Shown here in pieces: positions 1 to 7,789 of a stretch of DNA of 24,000 nt. The DNA is taken from positions 544,978 through 568,977 of the forward strand of contig NZ_CP029829.1 in NCBI RefSeq assembly GCF_003233655.1, given 5' to 3'. Under the pieces are notes generated by a model. That model had not been told where the DNA came from and made no database searches. It was given only the letters and a program-made list of their open reading frames with translations. Each line of letters starts with the position of its first letter. The stretch's first letter is position 1. Position numbers and translations under genes: made by a program. Origin of the DNA: Azospirillum ramasamyi. Lineage in GTDB: Bacteria; Pseudomonadota; Alphaproteobacteria; Azospirillales; Azospirillaceae.

Positions 1-177
1 CTCCAGCTTGGGCACCAGCTTGTCCTCGTTGCCGTCCTCGAACATCGAGCCGCCGAACTGGAAGGTCTCCAGAAAGGCATGGCCCTGACGGTCGACCTGA
101 TAGACGGCGATGTTCTTGGCCCAGCCGAAATGCGCATCGACGTGCAGCATGTCCTGGGTGCAGAAAGCGACCTTCAT
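1..177 (-). CDS. nifX: NifX (FeMo-cofactor biosynthesis protein), first 59 codons only; gene runs off the left edge
   Basis: Reverse-strand ATG at 177 is preceded by AAGGAGGA (181-188). Translation MKVAFCTQDMLHVDAHFGWAKNIAVYQVDRQGHAFLETFQFGG matches the conserved NifX/NafY N-terminus. It lies 38 nt downstream of the nifN stop. It is absent from the ORF track because it is open-ended. Confidence 0.85.
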   Translation of the reverse strand, partial: MKVAFCTQDMLHVDAHFGWAKNIAVYQVDRQGHAFLETFQFGGSMFEDGNEDKLVPKLE

Positions 178-215
178 CGATCCTCCTTGTGTCGGGCGTG
201 GCTCCTGCACCACGC

Positions 216-1601
216 TCAGGCGGCGTTGCATCCGCATGATCCGCCTCCGCAGCCTTGCGGTTCGCCCGCTTCGTGATGGCCGCTCCCGTGATTCTCGTGG
301 TCCATCTCGCGGGCGAGGAACAGGTTGCCGATCTCGCACAGCATCTCGCGCGTGCCCCGGTAGCCGACTTGGACGCGCAGCCCCGCCCCCAGCCGATCGA
401 ACAGCGGCAGGCCCATGCGGTGCAGCGGCACGCCGATCCGCGCCGCCCCCTGCCGCCCGTGCGAATTGGAGATGATCAGGTCGGCGTCGCGGGCCAGCGT
501 CTCCACATCGGAGTGGTCGCCGACCATGATGGTGGCGGCCTTCAGCCGCTCCAGCACCGGGCTTTGCGTCGGCGATACCGCGGCGACGACCTCCGCCCCC
601 ATTTCGCCCAGGAAGCCGGTGACGGCGTAGAGCAGGTCGGGCTCCAGAGCGACGGCGATGCGCTTGCGGCTGAAGAAGAAATGCCCGTCCAGCATGGCGT
701 CGACCAGGGGTTCGCGCTGGCGCCGCAGACGGGCCGGCGCCGGCTTGCCCGACAGTTCCATCAGCAGGCGGACCAGCTTGTCCGTCGCCTCCAGCCCGGT
801 CAGCCGGCTGAAGAAATGGCTGGGAACGTCGGTCTTCAGTTCCAGCGCGTTGCCGGCGACCCGCATATGCTCGCCGACCACGATGGTGGCGGCCGAGGCG
901 CCCATGGCGCGGATCTGTTCCACCGTCACGCCGCCCAGCGAGGTGGCGGTGAAGTCGGTCGGCTGGCGCCCCGCCATCGACAGCGACAGGTCGGGCAGGA
1001 GGATCGGCGACAGGCCGAAGCCCTCGATGATGTCGCGCAGCTCCTCGACGTCGCCGGGCGACAGGTGGCTGCCGGCCAGCACATTGACCTGGGCCGGGAT
1101 GCGCACCGGCGAGGGTTCGACCAGCCTCTCCACCATCGCGGTGACCGCGGCGGCGAAGCCGTCCTCGAAGCCGCCGGCGAAGTCGGGGGTGTTGGCGAAG
1201 ACCAGGGCGGTGCCGGCCATGTCGGGGTTGCGCTGGCGGAACAGCGTGTACTGGCCGCCCATGTCCTCGCCCTTGGTTTCGGTGACGCCGGTGGTGGCGA
1301 CGCCGATCATGGCGGGCTGGTTGCGCTCGACGATGGTGCGGATCGCCTGTTCCAGATTGTCGTAGCCGCCGAGGATGGTGGAGACCTGATCCATCGCCGT
1401 GGTCTGCAGCGGGATCGCCTCGCGGAAATGGCGGACCAGCAGGACCAGCCCGAAGGCGGTGCAGCCCTGCGACCCGTGGAACAGCGGCAGGCAGCGGTCG
1501 ACCCCGAGATAGGCCAGGGCGGCGCCCAGCGGCTGGCTCATCTTCAGCGGGTTGGTCGAGGCGGCCTTGGCGGCGGAGGGGAAGCGCTGGATGTGCGACA
1601 T
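216..1601 (-). CDS. nifN: NifN, nitrogenase MoFe cofactor biosynthesis scaffold subunit
   Basis: 461-aa ORF. The N-terminus STNPLKMSQPLGAALAYLGVDRCLPLFHGSQGCTAF is typical of NifN. The start is 5 nt after the nifE stop, with GGAG just upstream. It ends in an unusual His/Cys-rich tail. Confidence 0.95.
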   Translation of the reverse strand: MSHIQRFPSAAKAASTNPLKMSQPLGAALAYLGVDRCLPLFHGSQGCTAFGLVLLVRHFREAIPLQTTAMDQVSTILGGYDNLEQAIRTIVERNQPAMIGVATTGVTETKGEDMGGQYTLFRQRNPDMAGTALVFANTPDFAGGFEDGFAAAVTAMVERLVEPSPVRIPAQVNVLAGSHLSPGDVEELRDIIEGFGLSPILLPDLSLSMAGRQPTDFTATSLGGVTVEQIRAMGASAATIVVGEHMRVAGNALELKTDVPSHFFSRLTGLEATDKLVRLLMELSGKPAPARLRRQREPLVDAMLDGHFFFSRKRIAVALEPDLLYAVTGFLGEMGAEVVAAVSPTQSPVLERLKAATIMVGDHSDVETLARDADLIISNSHGRQGAARIGVPLHRMGLPLFDRLGAGLRVQVGYRGTREMLCEIGNLFLAREMDHENHGSGHHEAGEPQGCGGGSCGCNAA

Positions 1602-1606
1602 CGGCC

Positions 1607-3013
1607 TTACTCCGCCGCCAGAAGGGTGGAGGACGGGCCGGACTCCCAGGGCGCCGGCTGGCGGACCTGGCCCCAGATCGGATTGGACAGCGTCTTGTCG
1701 ATCTCCTCGCAGAGATTGACGATGCCGTCATAGCCGGCATAGGCGTGGTGGCGTTCCTGGTTGATGTCGAGCCAGGGAACCTTGGCCTTCAGCGAGATGA
1801 ACTGCGACCGGCCGCCGGACATTATGATGTCGGCCTGGTTGTCGGTCAGCATCTTGTAGATGTCGCGCGGCTTCAGGTCGTCCCACTGGTGGAACTCCTC
1901 GCCCTTCATCTTCCTGATGCGCTCCTTGTCCTCCTTGGTCGACTTCTTGGTGGAGGTGCCGAGGATGGTCAGCCCGGCGCCTTCCAGCGCGCTGACCATC
2001 GACCAGCTCTTGACCCCGCCGGTGAACAGGAGGACGCGCTTGCCCTCGAAGCGTGGCTTGTAAGGCTCCAGCCGGCGCCAGACGCGGCTTTCCTCGCGGG
2101 CGATGACGCCCTCCGCCCGGTCGATCAGGCCCTTGTCGGCGCCGCGCTCCACCAGCATGCGGGTCATGGTGCGCAGGGTGTCCGACATGTCGGAGACGCC
2201 GTAGAAGGAGCCCTCGAAATAGGGGATGCCGTAGCGCTCCTGCATCTTGCGGCCGACATTCACCAGCGCCTGGCTGCACACCATCATGGTGACGCGGGCG
2301 CGGTGGGCCTGGGCGACCTCCTTGTAGCGGCCGTCGCCGGAAATGCAGGACAGCAGGCGGATGCCGATCTCGTCGAGCAGCGGCTTGACCAGCCACAGCT
2401 CCCCGGCGAGGTTGTATTCACCGATGATGCAGACATCGGTGGGGGTGGTGTATTCCGGCTCCACCGTGCCGATGACATGCTCCAGCAGGGCTTCGCCGGC
2501 CAGCTTGTTGCCGAGATTCTTCGACCCGACGAAGCCCGGCGCATCCACCGGGATCACCGGCTTGCCCAGCTTCCTGGTGGCGAACTTGCAAACCGCGGCG
2601 ATGTCGTCGCCGGTCATGGCGGGCACGCAGGTCTGATAGACGAAGACGGCCGGCGGATCGTATTGCTGAACGATCTCTTTGATGGCGCGGTAGAGCTTCT
2701 TCTCGCCGCCGCCGATGACGTCCAGTTCCGACAGGTCGGTGGTGAATCCGGTGCGGTAGAGCTGCGGACCCGAGGATTGCGTGCCGCGATTGTCCCAGCT
2801 GTTGCCCAGGCACGCGATGGGGCCATGGACCAGATGGGCGGCGTCGGCGATCGGCTGCAGCACGATCATCGCGCCGTCATAGGCGCAGCCGCCGGCCGCC
2901 GCCCCGGGCTTCAGGGACTTGGTGCAGCCCTTCTTCTTCTCCTTGGCCGACTTGGCTTGGTTGGTCGCGCAGCCCGGTTCGTTGAAGACGTCCTGGATCT
3001 TGTCCTGGAGCAT
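1607..3013 (-). CDS. nifE: NifE, nitrogenase MoFe cofactor biosynthesis scaffold subunit
   Basis: Start set at the internal ATG (3013; MLQDKIQDVFNEPGC...), which is preceded by GGGAGAG. The longer track ORF (to 3235) would cover the sigma54 promoter and the NifA sites. NifE-like motifs are present: GCAYDGAMIVLQPIADAAHLVHGPIAC and SQALVNVGRKM. Confidence 0.93.
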   Translation of the reverse strand: MLQDKIQDVFNEPGCATNQAKSAKEKKKGCTKSLKPGAAAGGCAYDGAMIVLQPIADAAHLVHGPIACLGNSWDNRGTQSSGPQLYRTGFTTDLSELDVIGGGEKKLYRAIKEIVQQYDPPAVFVYQTCVPAMTGDDIAAVCKFATRKLGKPVIPVDAPGFVGSKNLGNKLAGEALLEHVIGTVEPEYTTPTDVCIIGEYNLAGELWLVKPLLDEIGIRLLSCISGDGRYKEVAQAHRARVTMMVCSQALVNVGRKMQERYGIPYFEGSFYGVSDMSDTLRTMTRMLVERGADKGLIDRAEGVIAREESRVWRRLEPYKPRFEGKRVLLFTGGVKSWSMVSALEGAGLTILGTSTKKSTKEDKERIRKMKGEEFHQWDDLKPRDIYKMLTDNQADIIMSGGRSQFISLKAKVPWLDINQERHHAYAGYDGIVNLCEEIDKTLSNPIWGQVRQPAPWESGPSSTLLAAE

Positions 3014-3060
3014 GCCCGCTCTCCCATCCTGGCGCCGGAAATGGCTCTGCGGAGATGAAA

Positions 3061-3077
3061 TGCAGGCGGCGTGCCAG
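3061..3077 (-). promoter_or_regulatory. sigma54 (-24/-12) promoter of nifENX
   Basis: Reverse strand reads CTGGCACGCCGCCTGCA, i.e. GG-N10-GC spacing with a TGGCAC ... TGCA core. It lies about 50 nt upstream of the nifE ATG. Confidence 0.7.
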
Positions 3078-3081
3078 AGGA

Positions 3082-3094
3082 TAAGGCGTTGATT
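3082..3094 (-). promoter_or_regulatory. Candidate IHF site between the NifA sites and the nifE -24/-12 promoter
   Basis: Reverse strand reads AATCAACGCCTTA, which fits the WATCAANNNNTTR consensus at every specified position. Confidence 0.45.
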
Positions 3095-3121
3095 GGAAAG
3101 GATTGTCCGGTTTTCCTGCCC

Positions 3122-3137
3122 TGTCCGATAGCTGACA
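3122..3137. promoter_or_regulatory. NifA upstream activator sequence (TGT-N10-ACA), proximal, nifENX
   Basis: TGTCCGATAGCTGACA, centred about 80 nt upstream of the predicted nifE transcription start. Confidence 0.6.
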
Positions 3138-3160
3138 ATCGGCCGGCTTGGCGGAGGGCT

Positions 3161-3176
3161 TGTCGGGTGTCTCACA
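3161..3176. promoter_or_regulatory. NifA upstream activator sequence (TGT-N10-ACA), distal, nifENX
   Basis: TGTCGGGTGTCTCACA, 39 bp from the proximal site. Confidence 0.55.
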
Positions 3177-3230
3177 TCGCATCGGCCGGCTTGGGAAGGT
3201 CGGCGTGCAGTGCGGGGACGGCCCCGGATG

Positions 3231-3275
3231 CACAAAAGGAAAGCCCGGAGCGCGCCGTCGCCGACGCTCTCCGGG
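3231..3275 (-). terminator. Intrinsic terminator candidate ending the nifHDK transcript
   Basis: Reverse strand: CCCGGAGAGCG - 10-nt loop - CGCGCUCCGGG (10 of 11 positions paired), followed directly by CUUUCCUUUUGUG. It lies about 105 nt after the nifK stop and upstream of the nifE regulatory sites. Confidence 0.55.
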
Positions 3276-3337
3276 CTGGGAAGGTTGCCGCCGGGGCGGG
3301 GGGATGGAGACCCCGGCCCGACGGGTGGGCTGGAACC

Positions 3338-3365
3338 GATGCCTGGGTTGCGATGCCTGGGTTGC
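3338..3365. repeat. Perfect 14-bp tandem duplication (GATGCCTGGGTTGC x2)
   Basis: Read directly from the sequence. It starts 15 nt downstream of the nifK stop on the transcribed strand. Confidence 0.9.
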
Positions 3366-3379
3366 CGCCGGCGTGCCGG

Positions 3380-4939
3380 TCAGCGGATCAGGTCGAACGA
3401 GTAGTCGGTCTGGCCGACGATGTTGGTGTTGGCGTCGATGTCCTCGAAGATCCGGTCGAGGATTCGCACCAGCACGTTCAGCGCGCCCTGGTAGCCCCAG
3501 GTCGGGTAGCGGTGGTGGTGGTGGCGGTCGAAGATCGGGTAGGTCAGGCGGATCAGCGGAACCTTGGTGTCGCGTTCCAGATACTTGCCGTAGCTGTTGC
3601 CGATGATGTAGTCCACCTTGTCGGTGAAGATCAGCGAGCGCAGGTGCCACAGGTCCTTGCCGCCATAGGCCGCACCCGAGGCGCCGAAGGGCGAGCCGTC
3701 CAGCACCTTCTGGACCTGCTTCTCCCACTTCTTGGAGCCGGAGGTGGACAGGATGTGCACCGGCTCCGCACCCAGCTCCAGCAGGAACTTGGTCATGCCC
3801 AGGCAGAAGTCCGGGTCGCCGTAGACGGCGAAGCGCTTGCCGTGCAGGTGGGTGTGGCTGTCGGCGATGGCGTCGACCAGACGGCCGCGCTCCAGCTTCA
3901 GGCTGGCCGGCACCGGCTTGCCCGACAGTTCCGCCAGCTTCAGCAGCAGTTCGTCGGTGGCGGTGACGCCCATCGGGTAGTTGAACTTGGCGACGTCCTG
4001 GCCCTTTTCCTTGCAGAACTGCAGGGTCTGGGTGGTGTTGTACTCCTGCATGGAGAGGGTGGCCTTGGCGTGCAGGGCCGCCTTGGTCTCCTCGATGGTG
4101 GTGCCGCCGTCATACATGCGGTACTCGCCATCCATCGGCGTGTCGAAGTTGTCGGACACGTCGGACAGGATCTGCAGCTTCAGGCCGAACTCGCCGGCGA
4201 TGCGCTTCAGTTCGCGGTTGTTGCCGACGGCGAAACCGTCGAAACCCGGGATCAGGTTGATCTGCTCGGTCTTCGGGGTGTCGAAATTCTCCGAATTGCC
4301 CCAGAAGCTGCTCAGGATCCCCTTCATCATGTTGTCGTAGCCGACGATGTGGCTGCCGACGAAGGCCGGGGTGTGGGCGAACGGCACCGGGAAGTCGGCC
4401 GGCACGCTTTCCTTGTTCTTCGCGTTGGCGATGAAGCCCTGCAGGTCGTCGCCGATGACTTCGGCCATGCAGGTGGTCATCACCGCGATCATCTTCGGCT
4501 TGTAGAGCGCATAGGCGTTCGCCAGGCCGTCGATCATGTTGTTCAGGCCGCCGAACACCGCCGCGTCTTCCGTCATCGACGAGGAGACCGCGCTGTTCGG
4601 CTCCTTGAAGTGGCGGGTCAGATGGGTGCGGTAATAGGCGACGCAGCCTTGGCTGCCGTGGACGAAGGGCAGGGTGCCCTCGAAGCCCTGGGCGGCGAAC
4701 ATCGCACCGATCGGCTGGCAGGCCTTGGTCGGGTTGATGACGACCGCTTCACGGGCGAAGTTCTTCGCCTTGTATTCCTCGGACTTGGTCCATTCGGAGA
4801 CGCGGGCGACCTCCTCGTCCGAATGGCCGTATTCGAACTCGGCCTTCTTCTTCTCGAACATCGCCGCGTATTCGGGCTGCCGGAAGAGGGTGTAGTGGTC
4901 GAGGACCTTGTCGGCGCTCTGCGAAAGCTTGTCGGTCAT
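3380..4939 (-). CDS. nifK: Nitrogenase MoFe protein beta chain NifK
   Basis: [32 protein letters not shown]... and [17 protein letters not shown] are NifK hallmarks. Start set at ATG 4939 (AGGAGA 8 nt upstream) rather than the track's TTG at 4945. Confidence 0.95.
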   Translation of the reverse strand: MTDKLSQSADKVLDHYTLFRQPEYAAMFEKKKAEFEYGHSDEEVARVSEWTKSEEYKAKNFAREAVVINPTKACQPIGAMFAAQGFEGTLPFVHGSQGCVAYYRTHLTRHFKEPNSAVSSSMTEDAAVFGGLNNMIDGLANAYALYKPKMIAVMTTCMAEVIGDDLQGFIANAKNKESVPADFPVPFAHTPAFVGSHIVGYDNMMKGILSSFWGNSENFDTPKTEQINLIPGFDGFAVGNNRELKRIAGEFGLKLQILSDVSDNFDTPMDGEYRMYDGGTTIEETKAALHAKATLSMQEYNTTQTLQFCKEKGQDVAKFNYPMGVTATDELLLKLAELSGKPVPASLKLERGRLVDAIADSHTHLHGKRFAVYGDPDFCLGMTKFLLELGAEPVHILSTSGSKKWEKQVQKVLDGSPFGASGAAYGGKDLWHLRSLIFTDKVDYIIGNSYGKYLERDTKVPLIRLTYPIFDRHHHHRYPTWGYQGALNVLVRILDRIFEDIDANTNIVGQTDYSFDLIR

Positions 4940-4970
4940 TCTCAAATTCTCCTGTTCCAGAGGCCGATGG

Positions 4971-6410
4971 TCAGAACGGGGCCTTCATCACGCCCCAGAC
5001 GGGGTTGTTGATGGCCAGGTCCATGTCGCGGGCGAAGATCGCGAAGCCGTCATAGCCGTGGTACGGGCCGGAATAATCCCAGCTGTGCATCTGGCGGAAC
5101 GGCAGGCCCATCTTCTGGAACACGTACTTTTCCTTGATGCCCGACGCGACGAGGTCGGGACGCATCGCCTCGACGAACTTCTCCAGTTCGAACGCGGTGA
5201 CGTCGTCGTAGATCAGCGTGCCTTCCTTCACGTAGTGCGGCGTGCGCTGATAGTCGTCGTTGTGGGCGAACTCGTAACCGGTGCCGATGATCTCCATGCC
5301 CAGGTCATGGTAGGCATCGACGACGTGGCGGGGACGCAGGCCGCCGACATAGATCATGACCTTCTTGCCGTCCAGCCGCGGCTTGTACTTGGCGATGACC
5401 GCATCGACCATCGGCTGGTAGCGGGCGATGACCTTCTCCGCGTTCTCCTTGATCTTGTCGTCGAAGAGAGCGGCGATCTTGCGCAGGGATTCGGCGATCT
5501 GGCTCGGGCCGAAGAAGTTGTATTCCATCCAAGGAATATTGTACTTCTCTTCCATGTGGCGCGCGATGTAGTTCATCGAGCGGTAGCAGTGGATCAGGTT
5601 GACCTTGGCCTTCGGCGTGTTCTCCAGCTCGGCCATGGTGCCGTCGCCCGACCACTGGGCGATCACGCGCAGGCCGATCTCCTCCAGCAGGATGCGCGAG
5701 GACCAGGCGTCGCCGCCGATGTTGTAGTCGCCGATGATGGTGACGTCATAGGGGGTGGAGACGAAGTCGGCCTTGGGTTCCGTCTTCTCGAACACCCAGT
5801 CGCGGATGGCGTCGTTGGCGATGTGGTGGCCCAGCGACTGGGACACGCCGCGGAAGCCTTCGCAGCGCACGGGGATGACCGGCTTGCCGATTTCCGCCGA
5901 CTTGGCGCGGGCGACCGCCTCGATGTCGTCGCCGATCAGGCCGATCGGGCATTCCGACTGGATCGAGATGCCGTTCACCAGCGGGAACAGCTCGTTGATT
6001 TCCTCGATGACCTTGTGCAGCTTCTTGTCGCCGCCGAAGACGATGTCCTTCTCCTGGAAGTCGGAGGTGAAGTGCATCGTGCCCCAGCTGTCCACGCCGG
6101 TGTCGCCGATGTAGTAGTTGCGGCGGCCGGACCAGGAGTAGTAGCCGCAGCCCACGGGCCCGTGGGAGATGTGGATCATGTCCTTGATCGGACCCCACAC
6201 CACGCCCTTGGAACCGGCATAGGCGCAGCCGCGGATCGTCATGACGCCGGGGATGGACTTGACGTTCGACTTGACGCCGCAGTCCTTGGCCTCGGCCTCC
6301 AGCACGTTCAGGTGCTTGGCGCGGCGCTTGCGGGATTTTTCGGGATAGGCTTCGAGGACTTCGTTGACGAGGTTCTTGACGTCGACCGTGGTGTTCTCGG
6401 ACAGGCTCAT
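4971..6410 (-). CDS. nifD: Nitrogenase MoFe protein alpha chain NifD
   Basis: 479 aa. Contains [37 protein letters not shown] and the HCYRSMNY region (FeMo-co and P-cluster ligand contexts). AGGAGG lies 8 nt upstream of the ATG. Confidence 0.97.
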   Translation of the reverse strand: MSLSENTTVDVKNLVNEVLEAYPEKSRKRRAKHLNVLEAEAKDCGVKSNVKSIPGVMTIRGCAYAGSKGVVWGPIKDMIHISHGPVGCGYYSWSGRRNYYIGDTGVDSWGTMHFTSDFQEKDIVFGGDKKLHKVIEEINELFPLVNGISIQSECPIGLIGDDIEAVARAKSAEIGKPVIPVRCEGFRGVSQSLGHHIANDAIRDWVFEKTEPKADFVSTPYDVTIIGDYNIGGDAWSSRILLEEIGLRVIAQWSGDGTMAELENTPKAKVNLIHCYRSMNYIARHMEEKYNIPWMEYNFFGPSQIAESLRKIAALFDDKIKENAEKVIARYQPMVDAVIAKYKPRLDGKKVMIYVGGLRPRHVVDAYHDLGMEIIGTGYEFAHNDDYQRTPHYVKEGTLIYDDVTAFELEKFVEAMRPDLVASGIKEKYVFQKMGLPFRQMHSWDYSGPYHGYDGFAIFARDMDLAINNPVWGVMKAPF

Positions 6411-6558
6411 AGCCGGCCTCCTGCTTGAATATTCCGCGCCGCTTCAGCGCGTGACCGAGCCCCTCCCTCCCACGCCGACGTCGCCCGGCCGGAACCGGTG
6501 GGCAGTCGTTGGGTCGACGTCGTGCGGGGCTGGGGAAAAGGGCCAGTGTTCAGGCGGT

Positions 6559-6585
6559 CCCCCCCGCGCCGATGGGGCAGGGGGG
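6559..6585 (-). other. GC-rich RNA stem-loop in the nifH-nifD spacer
   Basis: Reverse strand: CCCCCCUGC - 9-nt loop - GCGGGGGGG (8 Watson-Crick pairs plus one G-U). It begins about 30 nt after the nifH stop. There is no adjacent U-tract. Confidence 0.4.
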
Positions 6586-6614
6586 CCGGTAGGCAACCGT
6601 CGCTACGCCTGGGA

Positions 6615-7586
<972 letters not shown>

Positions 7587-7594
7587 TCATGGAG

Positions 7595-7611
7595 TGCACG
7601 ACCCGTGCCAG
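7595..7611 (-). promoter_or_regulatory. sigma54 (-24/-12) promoter of nifHDK
   Basis: Reverse strand reads CTGGCACGGGTCGTGCA with GG-N10-GC spacing. The -12 region is GTGCA rather than the consensus TTGCA. It lies about 85 nt upstream of the nifH ATG. Confidence 0.7.
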
Positions 7612-7678
7612 AGCGAAGGGAATAGGTAAGTTACTGTTTTATAATGATAAAATGCCGGGAGGGCGCCGCGCCGTCCTT

Positions 7679-7694
7679 TGTCGTGGTCCCGACA
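7679..7694. promoter_or_regulatory. NifA upstream activator sequence (TGT-N10-ACA) of nifH
   Basis: TGTCGTGGTCCCGACA, centred about 100 nt upstream of the predicted start. It is embedded in a perfect 10-bp inverted repeat, CTTTGTCGTG (7676-7685) / CACGACAAAG (7697-7706). Confidence 0.65.
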
Positions 7695-7789
7695 CACACG
7701 ACAAAGCCCGACATTTTGTCAGGTCTTTATGGCGGCGGGGTGCGCGGCGGGGTGCGGACAGCGGATTTCCCACTTCCCAAGGCCGAAGC

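Noticed and set aside
3014-3235. 74-codon N-terminal extension of the nifE ORF
   Set aside because: It would cover the sigma54 promoter, the IHF site and both NifA sites. Its codons lack GC3 bias, and the conserved NifE N-terminus begins at ATG 3013 with a good SD.
7621-7654. AT-rich island upstream of the nifH -24/-12 element as a defined IHF site
   Set aside because: I could not find a good WATCAANNNNTTR match on either strand. It is kept only as a probable bending region within the nifH promoter finding.
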